DNA of 64,000 nucleotides from Alphaproteobacteria bacterium. Lineage in GTDB: Bacteria; Pseudomonadota; Alphaproteobacteria; UBA6615. Position 1 is the first letter of the stretch, and the number at the start of each line of letters is the position of its first letter. The position numbers were made by a program, and so were the translations under genes. Positions 10,407 through 20,266 of the stretch are shown piece by piece. A model generated the notes under the pieces. The model saw nothing but the letters and a program-made list of their open reading frames with translations. It had not been told where the DNA came from and ran no database searches. Location of the stretch: positions 3,226 to 67,225 of the forward strand of contig PBMH01000036.1 of NCBI GenBank assembly GCA_002722515.1, in the 5' to 3' direction.

Positions 10407-11359
10407 GTCCGCGGCGCGAGCCCATCGAACCGGTACTCGTTAGCCGCTATTTTGAAGCCTTCGTTGAACTGTTGGTGGCCGAGCGCGGGGCGTCGGCCAA
10501 CACGGTGTCTGCCTACGGTCGGGACCTAGAGGACGCGGCGAGGTTTTTAGGCGTCACCGCTGACAGCCGGATGGGCGTTCTAGACGGGGCTTCGACCGAT
10601 GATCTGCGAGGGTATCTGAAGCATCTTGAGAGCCGCGGCATGTCGGCGCGCACGTCAGCCCGACGCTTGTCGACCCTGCGCCAGTTTTACCGTTTTCTCT
10701 ATGCAGACGGACTGCGCGCGGACGACCCTTCGGCCATCTTGGAAAGCCCCCGCCAGGGGCGCCCCTTGCCGAAGATATTGTCGGAAGACGACGTCAACTC
10801 GCTGCTAGACGCCGCTGCCGGTCTGAAGGGACCAGACGGTAAACGCCTGCGTGCCTTGGTCGAGCTATGTTATGCCACAGGCATGCGGGTCTCCGAGCTG
10901 GTGGGATTGCCGCTTGCATCCTTGCTTAGGGACCCGGAAGTGCTCATCGTGCGTGGGAAAGGGGACAAGGAACGCATGGTGCCCCTGAGCATGCCGGCGC
11001 GCGATGCCGTGCGGGATTATTTAGCCATCCGAGATGCGTTTGTGTCGGAGGGCACCACCAACCCATATCTGTTCGCCGGACATGCCGACAAGCATCTGAC
11101 TCGGCAGCGTGTTTTCCAGCTGTTCAAGAACCTAGCGGAGTCCGCATGCCTCGATCCGCGCAAAGTCAGTCCGCATGTGCTGCGGCACGCTTTTGCAACA
11201 CACTTGCTTCATCACGATGCTGACTTGCGCACCGTCCAAAAAATGCTTGGTCACGCCGATATTTCGACGACGCAGATCTACACGCATGTGCTTGATGAAC
11301 GGATGCGAAGACTAGTCGCCGAGCATCATCCGCTTGCCAGACGCTCGAGCGAGAATTAG
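10403..11359 (+). CDS. xerD: site-specific tyrosine recombinase XerD
   Basis: 'ELCYATGMRVSEL', 'HVLRHAFATHLL' and 'LGHADISTTQIYTHV' give the R-H-R-Y catalytic signature. Confidence 0.9.
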   Translation: MSPRREPIEPVLVSRYFEAFVELLVAERGASANTVSAYGRDLEDAARFLGVTADSRMGVLDGASTDDLRGYLKHLESRGMSARTSARRLSTLRQFYRFLYADGLRADDPSAILESPRQGRPLPKILSEDDVNSLLDAAAGLKGPDGKRLRALVELCYATGMRVSELVGLPLASLLRDPEVLIVRGKGDKERMVPLSMPARDAVRDYLAIRDAFVSEGTTNPYLFAGHADKHLTRQRVFQLFKNLAESACLDPRKVSPHVLRHAFATHLLHHDADLRTVQKMLGHADISTTQIYTHVLDERMRRLVAEHHPLARRSSEN

Positions 11360-11368
11360 TAGAAGCTC

Positions 11369-12325
11369 ATGGCGTATTTTTTGGAATTTGAAAAATCTCT
11401 GGCTGAACTCGAGGGTCAGATTGAGGAGCTTCGCAGGCTGTCCGACAACGGCGATTTAAATATCGTTGAGGAGGTGGGCAAGCTTGAGCAGAAGGTCGAC
11501 CGCGAGCTGCGTCAGACTTATGGTCGGTTGTCCGCCTGGCAAAAGGTGCAAGTTGCACGTCACCCATTACGCCCCAAATGTGGTGACTATGTTGAGGGAC
11601 TAATTACTGATTTTACGCCGCTGGCTGGAGACCGCCTTTATGCCGAGGACAACGCGCTCCTTTCTGGTATGGGTCGCTATCATGGCCGCCCCGTCATCGT
11701 TCTTGGTCAAGAGAAGGGCAACGATACCGAGAGCCGGGTACGCCATAATTTTGGTATGGTGCGTCCCGAGGGATACCGCAAGTCTCAGCGGTTGATGGAA
11801 CTTGCGAACCGTTTCGGCATGCCAATCCTATCCTTCGTCGATACGTCCGGTGCATATCCTGGTGTGGGTGCGGAAGAGCGTGGTCAGTCCGAGGCGATTG
11901 CCCGAGCGATCCAGGTCTCACTCGGGCTCAAGGTGCCCTTCGTTTCCATCATCATCGGCGAGGGTGGTTCGGGCGGCGCTATCGCGATTGCGACGGCAAA
12001 CACGGTTCTGATGATGGAGCATGCGGTCTACTCAGTGATTTCTCCCGAAGGCTGTGCATCGATTCTCTGGCGCGACGGCGAACGTGCCCAAGACGCTGCC
12101 GAGGCCCTCAAAATCACGGCCCAGGACCTGGCTGAGCTCAAGCTCATCGATGACATTGTGCCCGAACCCCTTGGTGGTGCGCACCGCGAGCCTGCCGCCG
12201 CGATCGCCGCCGTTGACAACGCGATGGGGGCAGCACTAAGTGCGATGGAGGGCTTGGATGGGTCGGAGCTTTTGGCGCGGCGGCGCGAGAAATTCCTCAA
12301 ACTAGGAAATGCGGGACTGGCCTAA
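11369..12325 (+). CDS. accA: acetyl-CoA carboxylase carboxyltransferase subunit alpha
   Basis: 'FLEFEKSLAELE...' start, plus 'FVDTSGAYPGVGAEERGQSEAIA' and 'GEGGSGGALA'-type motifs. Confidence 0.93.
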   Translation: MAYFLEFEKSLAELEGQIEELRRLSDNGDLNIVEEVGKLEQKVDRELRQTYGRLSAWQKVQVARHPLRPKCGDYVEGLITDFTPLAGDRLYAEDNALLSGMGRYHGRPVIVLGQEKGNDTESRVRHNFGMVRPEGYRKSQRLMELANRFGMPILSFVDTSGAYPGVGAEERGQSEAIARAIQVSLGLKVPFVSIIIGEGGSGGAIAIATANTVLMMEHAVYSVISPEGCASILWRDGERAQDAAEALKITAQDLAELKLIDDIVPEPLGGAHREPAAAIAAVDNAMGAALSAMEGLDGSELLARRREKFLKLGNAGLA

Positions 12326-12504
12326 AGGGCACGGTCAATGAGACGGGTGTGAGAAAAAGCGAGGGCGACATGCTCGACGTTAATTTAGGTCTTTTCGGCG
12401 TCAAGTTTGAGGTCTCGGAATAATATAAAAAAGCGGATTGTACAGGATTTGAGTTACTTCGATTGAACCGTAATCGGTCACGCGCCGGAGATTGTCTCGA
12501 CGTT

Positions 12505-13512
12505 TTAGCCGACGAAGCGAGGCATGACCTCTTTGGCAAACAGTGCGAATGAGTTCGATGCTTCGTCATGGTGCAGGTCGCCGTAGGCGAACCGGCAAAC
12601 AAAATAATTGAGACCCGCTAGTCCGATCTGGCGTTCGATCTCGGACGCAACTGTATCGGGCGTGCCGGCGATAATCGCGTCGCGTTCGCGTGCGGTTGCA
12701 AGGGTTGATGCATAGACCGGATTTTCGACGCCGAACTTGCGCCACAGGCTAATGAAATTCTCATACCAGGCCGCATAGGCCCGCCCAGAGATTCTATCGG
12801 CCTCGTCCTGACTGTCCGCAACGAACACATGTCGCGCAACGCCGATTTTTGTTGTGACAGGCCCACCGTGCTCACGTGCCCAGGTCTCGCGATATTGGTC
12901 GGTCGCACTGCGTGTAATCTCGCACGGCGCGTTACTGATAACATTGATTTTTTGGGTTGCCGGCCAGGCTGCCCCGTTTGGTGTTGCGATGCCGTACCAG
13001 ATCGGCGGATGCGGTAACGTGACGGGCGAGATTACCATGGGGACATCCTCGTAGCAGAAATGTTCGCCTACGAAGTTGAGCGTATCGGACGAAAGCCCGC
13101 GTTTGAGGACTTGGAGCGCTTCGAGATAGATCGGCCCTGCATTCTCCTTGTCAATGCCGAAATAGGCCACCTCGAAGGGTGAGATACCTCGCCCGATACC
13201 AAACTCGAACCGTCCACCGCTCATCTGGTCGATCATTGAGATTTCCTCGATCAGGCGCAGCGGCTCGTAAAGAGGTAGACAATAGACCATCGGCCCGAAG
13301 TGTATGTTGGTGGTGCGCTGGGCAACAGCTGACAAAAACACACTAGGCGAGGGAGCGAGGCCCAGCGGCGTCGCATGGTGCTCGGCCAGGTGGTACATGG
13401 AGATGCCTGCCGCGTCGTAGTCGGCGATCAGGCGTAGCCTGTCCTCGTAGGTCCGCTGAGGTGGCACGCCGGCCTGGCGGTCGAGATGATCAAAGACGCC
13501 GAACTGCATCAT
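12505..13512 (-). CDS. LLM-class (luciferase-like) flavin-dependent oxidoreductase
   Basis: 'AEHHATPLGLAPSPSVFLSAVA' and 'SGGRFEFGIGRG' are typical of bacterial luciferase-like monooxygenases. Confidence 0.85.
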   Translation of the reverse strand: MMQFGVFDHLDRQAGVPPQRTYEDRLRLIADYDAAGISMYHLAEHHATPLGLAPSPSVFLSAVAQRTTNIHFGPMVYCLPLYEPLRLIEEISMIDQMSGGRFEFGIGRGISPFEVAYFGIDKENAGPIYLEALQVLKRGLSSDTLNFVGEHFCYEDVPMVISPVTLPHPPIWYGIATPNGAAWPATQKINVISNAPCEITRSATDQYRETWAREHGGPVTTKIGVARHVFVADSQDEADRISGRAYAAWYENFISLWRKFGVENPVYASTLATARERDAIIAGTPDTVASEIERQIGLAGLNYFVCRFAYGDLHHDEASNSFALFAKEVMPRFVG

Positions 13513-13528
13513 TGTTTAGACCACGCCG

Positions 13529-16258
13529 TTACGAGATCTTACCATGACAGTGCTTGTACTTCTTACCCGATCCACACGGGCAAGGTGCGTTGCGCGGTAC
13601 CTTGCCCCAGCTCGATGGGGCATCCGGGTCTAGCCTCTTCGCGTCCTGGTTGCTGGCCTGTGCGATGGTGGCGTTGGATTGTGTTGTAGGCTGGGCGGCG
13701 TCCCCAAATTGGCCGATTCTGGCGTGCTCGGTTTCCATCTCGCGCGGCGCCTGGGGCTTCTGCACCGCTTCCGGGCTGTTTACCTGAATCTCGATGTGGC
13801 TGAGCAACATCGTGACACCCTCACGCAGCTTGGCGAGCATATCTTGAAATAGGTCAAAGGCTTCGCGTTTATATTCGTTAAGCGGGTTTTTCTGTCCGAA
13901 GGCACGTAGGCCGATGCCTTGGCGCAGATGATCTAGTCGGAGAAGATGGTCCTTCCAGTGCTGGTCGAGGATCTGCAGCAGCAGGTTTTTCTCGGCCATC
14001 CGCATAATCTCTTCGCCATAGTTAGCGAGTTTGGCGGCCATACGCTCGTCGACCATCTTCTCCATGCGGTCGTGGATTTCTTCGTCTGCGATGCCCTCCT
14101 CAGCGGCCCATTCCTCGGCGGGAATGTCGAGGCCAAATATCCGCATAGCCTCCTCGCGCAGCAGGTCTGTATCCCATTGTTCGGAGAATGCTTTTTCGGG
14201 GATAGCCCGCGTGATTAGCTCGTCGAGCGCCTCGGCGCGCATCGCCTTAACCGTATCCGATACGTCATCGGTACGCATTAGGTCCTTGCGCTGCTCGTAA
14301 ATTACTTTGCGCTGGTCGTTCATCACATCGTCATATTGGAGCAGCTGCTTGCGAATTTCGAAGTTACGGGCCTCAACCTTCTGCTGTGCTTTCTCAAGTG
14401 CCTTGTTGATCCAGGGATGAACGATCGCCTCACCTTCCTCGATACCGAGCTTCCGGAGCATGCCGTCCATCCGCTCGGAGCCGAAGATACGCATGAGATC
14501 ATCTTGCAGCGACAGGAAGAAGCGCGACGTGCCTGGGTCGCCTTGGCGGCCCGACCGTCCGCGCAGTTGATTATCTATCCGGCGGCTCTCATGCCGTTCG
14601 GTGCCAATCACCATCAGCCCGCCCGAGGTCAGCACATCGTCATGCAGCCTCTCAACTTCGGCACGAATTTCTGCTTCCTTTTCATCGCGCGCTGGGTTTT
14701 CTTCCATATCGGCCAGTTCGGCCTCAAGGCGCATCTCAAGGTTGCCGCCGAGTTGTATATCGGTGCCGCGGCCGGCCATGTTAGTCGCAATCGTGACCGC
14801 ACCCGGCACGCCCGCTTGGCCGATGATCTGTGCCTCGCGTTCATGGTGGCGCGCGTTTAGGACCTCGTGGGCGATGTTTTGCGACTTGAGTGCAGCGGAG
14901 ACCTCTTCGGACTTTTCGATCGAGACCGTGCCGACCAGCACCGGCTGGCCACGCTTGTTGGCGTCCCCGATTAGTTCATTGATGGCGTTATACTTTTCCT
15001 CAAGCGTCCGATAGACCTCGTCATTCTGGTCGTCACGGATCATCGGACGGTTGGTCGGAATATCGACCACCTCGAGTTTATATATCTCGGCAAACTCGGC
15101 TGATTCCGTCATAGCCGTGCCGGTCATACCTGCTAGCTTGGGGTAGAGCCGGAAGTAATTCCGGAAGGTGATGGAGGCCAAGGTCTGATTCTCATTCTGG
15201 ACCTCGACTTCCTCCTTGGCCTCGAGGGCCTGATGCAGCCCGTCGGAAAAGCGTCGGCCCTCCATCATGCGGCCCGTAAACTCGTCGATGATAACGATGC
15301 GACCTTCATGGGCGATGTAGTCGCGGTCGCGCTGAAAAAGCTTGTGAGCACGCAGAGCCTGGTTGATGTGGTGCAGGACCGTGACACTGGTGATGTCGTA
15401 GAGGCTAACGCCCTCTTCGATCAAACCCGCTTTTTCCAGAAGTCTTTCGGTATGCTCGACGCCTGCATCTGTAAGGGTTGCTGCGCGAGCCTTCTCGTCG
15501 ACCTCGAAGTCTTCGTCCGTTAGCTGAGGAATGATCTGGTTGGCTTCGACATAAGCGGCTGAGGAATCCTCGACCGGGCCCGATATGATCAACGGCGTGC
15601 GTGCTTCGTCGATCAGGATCGAGTCCACTTCGTCGACGATAGCAAAGTTAAAGTCACGTTGTACCATCTCATCGAGATGGAATTTCATATTATCGCGTAG
15701 ATAGTCGAAGCCGAACTCATTGTTCGTCCCGTAGGTCACATCCGCGTTGTAGGCCTCGCGTCGTTCCGTGTCCGACATGGTGTTCACGATGCAACCTGTG
15801 GTTAGGCCCAGGAACTCATAGACCCGGCCCATCCAAGCAGAGTCGCGCTGTGCTAGATAGTCGTTCACCGTGACCACATGAACGCCCTTACCCTCGAGTG
15901 CGTTGAGGTAGACGGGCAGGGTTGCGACGAGAGTTTTACCCTCGCCGGTCTTCATCTCTGAGATCATGCCGTTGTGCAGTATCATGCCGCCTAGGAGCTG
16001 TGCATCAAAATGGCGCTGTCCGAGACTTCGCTTCGCTGCCTCACGCACGGTCGCGAACGCCTCGACGAGAATTTTGTCGACCGTTTCGCCCCCTGCCAGA
16101 CGCTCGCGAAAGGATTCGGTCCGGGAGCGCAGGCCGGCGTCGTCGAGCGCTTCGAGCTCGGGCTCAAGCGCGTTGATCGCCTCTACGTCTCTTTGCAGAC
16201 GCTTCAGATAGCGATCATTCGCCGTTCCGAAGGCCCGTGTGACCAGACTGAGGACCAT
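13529..16258 (-). CDS. secA: preprotein translocase ATPase SecA
   Basis: 909 aa with '[14 protein letters not shown]' and DEAD-like '[22 protein letters not shown]'. C-terminal zinc motif '[14 protein letters not shown]'. Confidence 0.97.
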   Translation of the reverse strand: MVLSLVTRAFGTANDRYLKRLQRDVEAINALEPELEALDDAGLRSRTESFRERLAGGETVDKILVEAFATVREAAKRSLGQRHFDAQLLGGMILHNGMISEMKTGEGKTLVATLPVYLNALEGKGVHVVTVNDYLAQRDSAWMGRVYEFLGLTTGCIVNTMSDTERREAYNADVTYGTNNEFGFDYLRDNMKFHLDEMVQRDFNFAIVDEVDSILIDEARTPLIISGPVEDSSAAYVEANQIIPQLTDEDFEVDEKARAATLTDAGVEHTERLLEKAGLIEEGVSLYDITSVTVLHHINQALRAHKLFQRDRDYIAHEGRIVIIDEFTGRMMEGRRFSDGLHQALEAKEEVEVQNENQTLASITFRNYFRLYPKLAGMTGTAMTESAEFAEIYKLEVVDIPTNRPMIRDDQNDEVYRTLEEKYNAINELIGDANKRGQPVLVGTVSIEKSEEVSAALKSQNIAHEVLNARHHEREAQIIGQAGVPGAVTIATNMAGRGTDIQLGGNLEMRLEAELADMEENPARDEKEAEIRAEVERLHDDVLTSGGLMVIGTERHESRRIDNQLRGRSGRQGDPGTSRFFLSLQDDLMRIFGSERMDGMLRKLGIEEGEAIVHPWINKALEKAQQKVEARNFEIRKQLLQYDDVMNDQRKVIYEQRKDLMRTDDVSDTVKAMRAEALDELITRAIPEKAFSEQWDTDLLREEAMRIFGLDIPAEEWAAEEGIADEEIHDRMEKMVDERMAAKLANYGEEIMRMAEKNLLLQILDQHWKDHLLRLDHLRQGIGLRAFGQKNPLNEYKREAFDLFQDMLAKLREGVTMLLSHIEIQVNSPEAVQKPQAPREMETEHARIGQFGDAAQPTTQSNATIAQASNQDAKRLDPDAPSSWGKVPRNAPCPCGSGKKYKHCHGKIS

Positions 16259-16851
16259 AACTCTACCTCGAAGCCGTTTTTTCTGACGCGTGCGACGGGG
16301 CTCGCCCGATAGCGTCGTTTAGGGGCGGCGTGTCAACCGCTCCCAGAAAGATGGGGATTGTCTGCGCATTGTCTAGGATGCGTCATTCCAAGTGTCAATG
16401 ACGGTCAAGGGTCAAGTACTGCGCTAATATCCAAATGCCGTTTCGTTACCGCAAATTTGACGTACGTTTACTTGTGGTCGACCGCGATGGCGTTGGTTTT
16501 GGTTCTTGCGCCGCTGCTAGCCTGGCAGGTCACGGTGGCCGTTCGCGGGCGCGGCCACCGCCATCAAACAGGGGTTAGTTGGATTATACCTTGTAAAACC
16601 GAGTCCGGTTGGAACGTCATCAAAGTCTGCGACAAGCGCCGTCAGTCGGCGCCGGCCGTCGCTAAATAGCGACCGGTTCCCGAACAGCAGTTGACGTGCG
16701 GGTTAATCGCTATGCATATGGAATGTTTGCGAGACAAGACCGAGATTTCGATGTTCAATCTCGACGGCTCGCCGGTCGATGGCTCGCTAAAGCAGCAGTT
16801 TTCTGCTTCGTGGCGGCGGCCTCGATCGCAGGCTAACCGGGGGTTTCTGCT

Positions 16852-18138
16852 ATGGCGAAAGCGGCCAAGACCAAATCCAAGTCACCCTTTTCAAGGGCAC
16901 CTAAGTTATCGCGTTCGCCGCTGGCGCCTGATGTTTTTCCCGCCATCGCCAATGTCCGTGGCGTACGCCTGTCAGGCCGTGCCGTGGGCTTGAAGAGGCA
17001 TATTGGAATCAAGGATTTGATGGTCGCGGTCTTCGCGCCGGGGACAACCGCTGCGGGTGTGTTGACGAAGTCTAAATGTCCATCTGCCCCCGTCGAATGG
17101 TGCCGCAGCATTCTGCCGCGTGGGCGGGCCCGTGCGTTGGTAGTCAACTCCGGTAACGCTAATGGCTTCACGGGCCTGGCGGGCGATCTCCAGGTTGCTA
17201 AGACTGCTGGCGAGGCGGCTCATTTGTTCGGTTGCCGCGCCAAGGAGGTCTTCGTTGCCTCGACCGGGGTCATAGGTGAGCCCCGCGAGGCCGACTATGT
17301 CGCCGATAAACTACCGGAGATGAAACGCTCGCTAGGTGCGGGAAACTGGCGTGATGCCGCCGAGGCGATCATGACCACCGATACCTTCGCGAAGGGGGCT
17401 AGCCGTAGGGTGCGGATAGGCAAGACGCGGGTCACGATCTCCGGGTTTGCTAAGGGCTCGGGTATGATCGCGCCCGACATGGCTACGATGCTGGGTTTCG
17501 TATTCACTGACGCGAAGATACCGGCGCCTGTGCTTCAGCGCCTAGTGCGCTGGGCCGCTGACGAATCCTTTAACTCCGTCACCGTCGACAGCGACACCTC
17601 TACCTCGGACACCGTCCTCATGTTCGCGACCGGCCAGGCGCAGGGCCATCCACGTATCAAGTCGGCGGCGGACAAATATTTAGCTGAGTTTAAGACGGCA
17701 CTCCACGAGGTCTTTGTTGACCTCGCGCAGCAAGTGGTGCGTGACGGTGAAGGGGCGCAGAAATTTGTAACGATAAATATCAGGGGTGCCGAGTCCAAGC
17801 GTGCTGCGCGTGCTGTGGGGCTGGCTGTGGCGAACTCGCCGCTGGTCAAGACGGCGATTGCTGGAGAGGACGCCAACTGGGGCAGGATCGTCATGGCCGC
17901 GGGCAAGGCCGGTGAGAAGGCCGATCGCGACCGGCTCTCGATTACCATTGGCGGTGTGTCGATTACCCGTTTGGGAAAACTAGTGCCCGACTATGATGAG
18001 ATGCCGGTGGCGGCCCACATGAAGGAGTTAGAGATCGACATTGACATTGATCTCGGCATCGGGCGCGGCTCTAGCACTGTTTGGACCTGCGATCTGACCC
18101 ACGGTTACATCTCGATCAACGCCGAGTACCGGAGTTAG
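16852..18138 (+). CDS. argJ: bifunctional ornithine acetyltransferase / N-acetylglutamate synthase
   Basis: 'VNSGNANGFTG', the autoprocessing region 'GFAKGSGMIAPDMATMLGFVFTD' and the C-terminal 'DLTHGYISINAEYRS'. Confidence 0.92.
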   Translation: MAKAAKTKSKSPFSRAPKLSRSPLAPDVFPAIANVRGVRLSGRAVGLKRHIGIKDLMVAVFAPGTTAAGVLTKSKCPSAPVEWCRSILPRGRARALVVNSGNANGFTGLAGDLQVAKTAGEAAHLFGCRAKEVFVASTGVIGEPREADYVADKLPEMKRSLGAGNWRDAAEAIMTTDTFAKGASRRVRIGKTRVTISGFAKGSGMIAPDMATMLGFVFTDAKIPAPVLQRLVRWAADESFNSVTVDSDTSTSDTVLMFATGQAQGHPRIKSAADKYLAEFKTALHEVFVDLAQQVVRDGEGAQKFVTINIRGAESKRAARAVGLAVANSPLVKTAIAGEDANWGRIVMAAGKAGEKADRDRLSITIGGVSITRLGKLVPDYDEMPVAAHMKELEIDIDIDLGIGRGSSTVWTCDLTHGYISINAEYRS

Positions 18139-18143
18139 CCGTC

Positions 18144-18551
18144 ATGTCGGATTTTCCGCTGTTACTGGTCAGCGCCGCCGCGCTGGTTGATGAGGATGGC
18201 CGTGTGCTGCTTGCCCGCCGTCCCAAGGACAAGTCCATGGCTGGCCTGTGGGAGTTTCCTGGCGGCAAACTCCAAGACGGTGAGACGCCCGAGGCGGCTC
18301 TGATCCGCGAGCTCCACGAGGAACTCGGCATCAATACCCATGAAAGCTGCCTTGCACCCATCGGCTTCGCCAGCCACACCTATGACGAGTTTCATCTGCT
18401 GATGCCGCTGTTCGTCTGCCGGGTTTGGCAGGGCACAGCCACGCCGCGGGAAGGCCAACAACTGGTTTGGGCTCGCCCAAACGCGCTTCGGGATTATCCC
18501 ATGCCGCCCGCCGACATGCCGCTTGTCGCCCAGTTACAGGACCTTCTTTAG
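18144..18551 (+). CDS. mutT: NUDIX hydrolase, MutT-like (8-oxo-dGTP diphosphatase family)
   Basis: Nudix box 'GGKLQDGETPEAALIRELHEELGI'. ATG at 18144 follows the argJ stop. Confidence 0.85.
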   Translation: MSDFPLLLVSAAALVDEDGRVLLARRPKDKSMAGLWEFPGGKLQDGETPEAALIRELHEELGINTHESCLAPIGFASHTYDEFHLLMPLFVCRVWQGTATPREGQQLVWARPNALRDYPMPPADMPLVAQLQDLL

Positions 18552-18555
18552 TTTT

Positions 18556-19416
18556 CTACCGTGGCGGCAGATCGGCCTTGAGGGTCTTATTGTTGCGTAG
18601 GCGGCGGTAGACCAAAGAGAGCAGTGTGATCAGCACTGTGAAAGCAAGAAAGTTGACGATAATACTGCTGATTTCGGTAAAAAATTTAGGATCTATGTCC
18701 GTGGTGGATCGAGCTGTCAGAAATGCGATACCCCGCTCGATTAACCAGAAAGGAATTAGGCCGCCGATAAGGAATATGAATGTCATGCGCCAGAGGTTCC
18801 CCTTGGCTTGGTTCGATGCCTCGGACAGGGTGATTGCATGGTCCTCGGCCGCGGCCGCCGGCAGCGCCAGCAGCACCATGCAGGCCAGCAAGGCGATAGG
18901 GGCAGCGAACAGTAGTAGCACTATGACCGTGAGCGTGATCTGCCCGGCCGTGGAATCGAGAGCACCAGCGTCAGTCGCGATCGCGCCGACCATAGGTATA
19001 AAAGTTCCCGATACGACGATCCCGACCAGGATGATCGCGACAACGACGACTGCTTGGCCGATATAATGGATGTGCCGTGCCCGCCAGGAGAACCAGGCGA
19101 AAACACCGGCGCTACCAGGCAGCGCCAGTACCAGTCGGTGCAGCGCGACTGCATAGAGCAGTAGTGAGACCGTCACCAGTAGGTAGGCGCCGGAGATGGG
19201 TGCGTTGAGTAGCAAGAAGGCTACGAGCGGGCTATCGCTTCCGAGTCCGCGATTCCAACCGAAGAACCAGTTGTTAGAGGTGACGAGAAAGATCGCGATC
19301 CAGATAACTAGAGGGATAATCGCCAGCTGGAACCAAGACGTAAAACGAACAGCCAAGAAACGATAGCTTTCGGCAATAGTGGCGACCAGCGGAAGCTTGT
19401 AGGGCGGTATGGTCAA
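18556..19416 (-). CDS. polytopic membrane protein, unknown function (paralog A)
   Basis: 286 aa with several hydrophobic helices. Shares 'LPAAAxED/DQ', 'G(N/K)xW(R/Y)M' and an N-terminal 'SYxFL' with the adjacent gene. Confidence 0.6.
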   Translation of the reverse strand: MTIPPYKLPLVATIAESYRFLAVRFTSWFQLAIIPLVIWIAIFLVTSNNWFFGWNRGLGSDSPLVAFLLLNAPISGAYLLVTVSLLLYAVALHRLVLALPGSAGVFAWFSWRARHIHYIGQAVVVVAIILVGIVVSGTFIPMVGAIATDAGALDSTAGQITLTVIVLLLFAAPIALLACMVLLALPAAAAEDHAITLSEASNQAKGNLWRMTFIFLIGGLIPFWLIERGIAFLTARSTTDIDPKFFTEISSIIVNFLAFTVLITLLSLVYRRLRNNKTLKADLPPR

Positions 19417-19418
19417 GA

Positions 19419-20261
19419 TCAGACCGTCGGTGTCGGCGTAGGCGGCGGCACAAGCTGGCGGTAGGCTTCGGCGAGCGCGGTAACCTGCGCCGCGATGGCG
19501 ACGAACATAACCGCCTGTTGCATAAGCAGGGCGACGAACATGAATGACAGGGATGGCAAGCCAAGGCCGATCGCTAGGCCGGTGATGAGCTGGCCGATTA
19601 TGACCAGCGCTAGAAGCACCGGCATGAGCGAGAGGAGATAGATTCCGACCATGTACCAGCTTTTGCCAGCAGTAGCGCTAGCAGCCTGACGAAACCCGAA
19701 GCTTTGGTCGATGGCAGCGGCGGGGAGGATCAGTAATAGCCGGGCAGTGACCAGCAGGCTGCCCACCAAGATCGCTGCTCTGGCGAATATCCCAAGCATT
19801 GGGTTCGTCGTCGCGAGGAGATTTAGCGGGATAGTAGCGAGCGTTCCCAGCATCAGTACTAGCCCGATCAGCATGAGGAATCGTGAGATAAAGCGCCATT
19901 GGCGTGGCCCCCAGCACATCGCTGCACCCACGGTCATACCCTCGGCCCCGATCAGGTAGCGCCGGAACCAGGCGACGGCGAACATCGTATAGGCGACTAA
20001 GGCGGCGACTGCGTTGGCTGCTATGGACGCGATGTCGATGGGCTGGATGGTTCGCAGGGCGATCTGAGGTGTTTGCGCGCTGTTTGGTGCCATTCCAAGT
20101 GCCTTGAAATAGTTCTGCCAGTCGCCGGTAAGCCAAAGCCCGATGATCTGCACAAAGGAGACCAGCAATATTGGCAGGAACGCGTATGCGAACAGGTCGC
20201 GTCGTTCGTTCCATAGGAAGCTGTAGGAGGTACCGAGAGTTGTGAACAATTTAATTGGCAT
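19419..20261 (-). CDS. polytopic membrane protein, unknown function (paralog B)
   Basis: 280 aa with similar length and motif order to 18556-19416. A 2-nt gap separates the two genes. Confidence 0.6.
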   Translation of the reverse strand: MPIKLFTTLGTSYSFLWNERRDLFAYAFLPILLVSFVQIIGLWLTGDWQNYFKALGMAPNSAQTPQIALRTIQPIDIASIAANAVAALVAYTMFAVAWFRRYLIGAEGMTVGAAMCWGPRQWRFISRFLMLIGLVLMLGTLATIPLNLLATTNPMLGIFARAAILVGSLLVTARLLLILPAAAIDQSFGFRQAASATAGKSWYMVGIYLLSLMPVLLALVIIGQLITGLAIGLGLPSLSFMFVALLMQQAVMFVAIAAQVTALAEAYRQLVPPPTPTPTV

Positions 20262-20266
20262 CAGTT

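Noticed and set aside
16358-16993. 103-aa and 100-aa plus-strand ORFs in the secA-argJ spacer
   Set aside because: They have no RBS, odd composition (Arg/Trp/Cys-rich) and the second overlaps the argJ start. They are treated as non-coding, possibly gene remnants.
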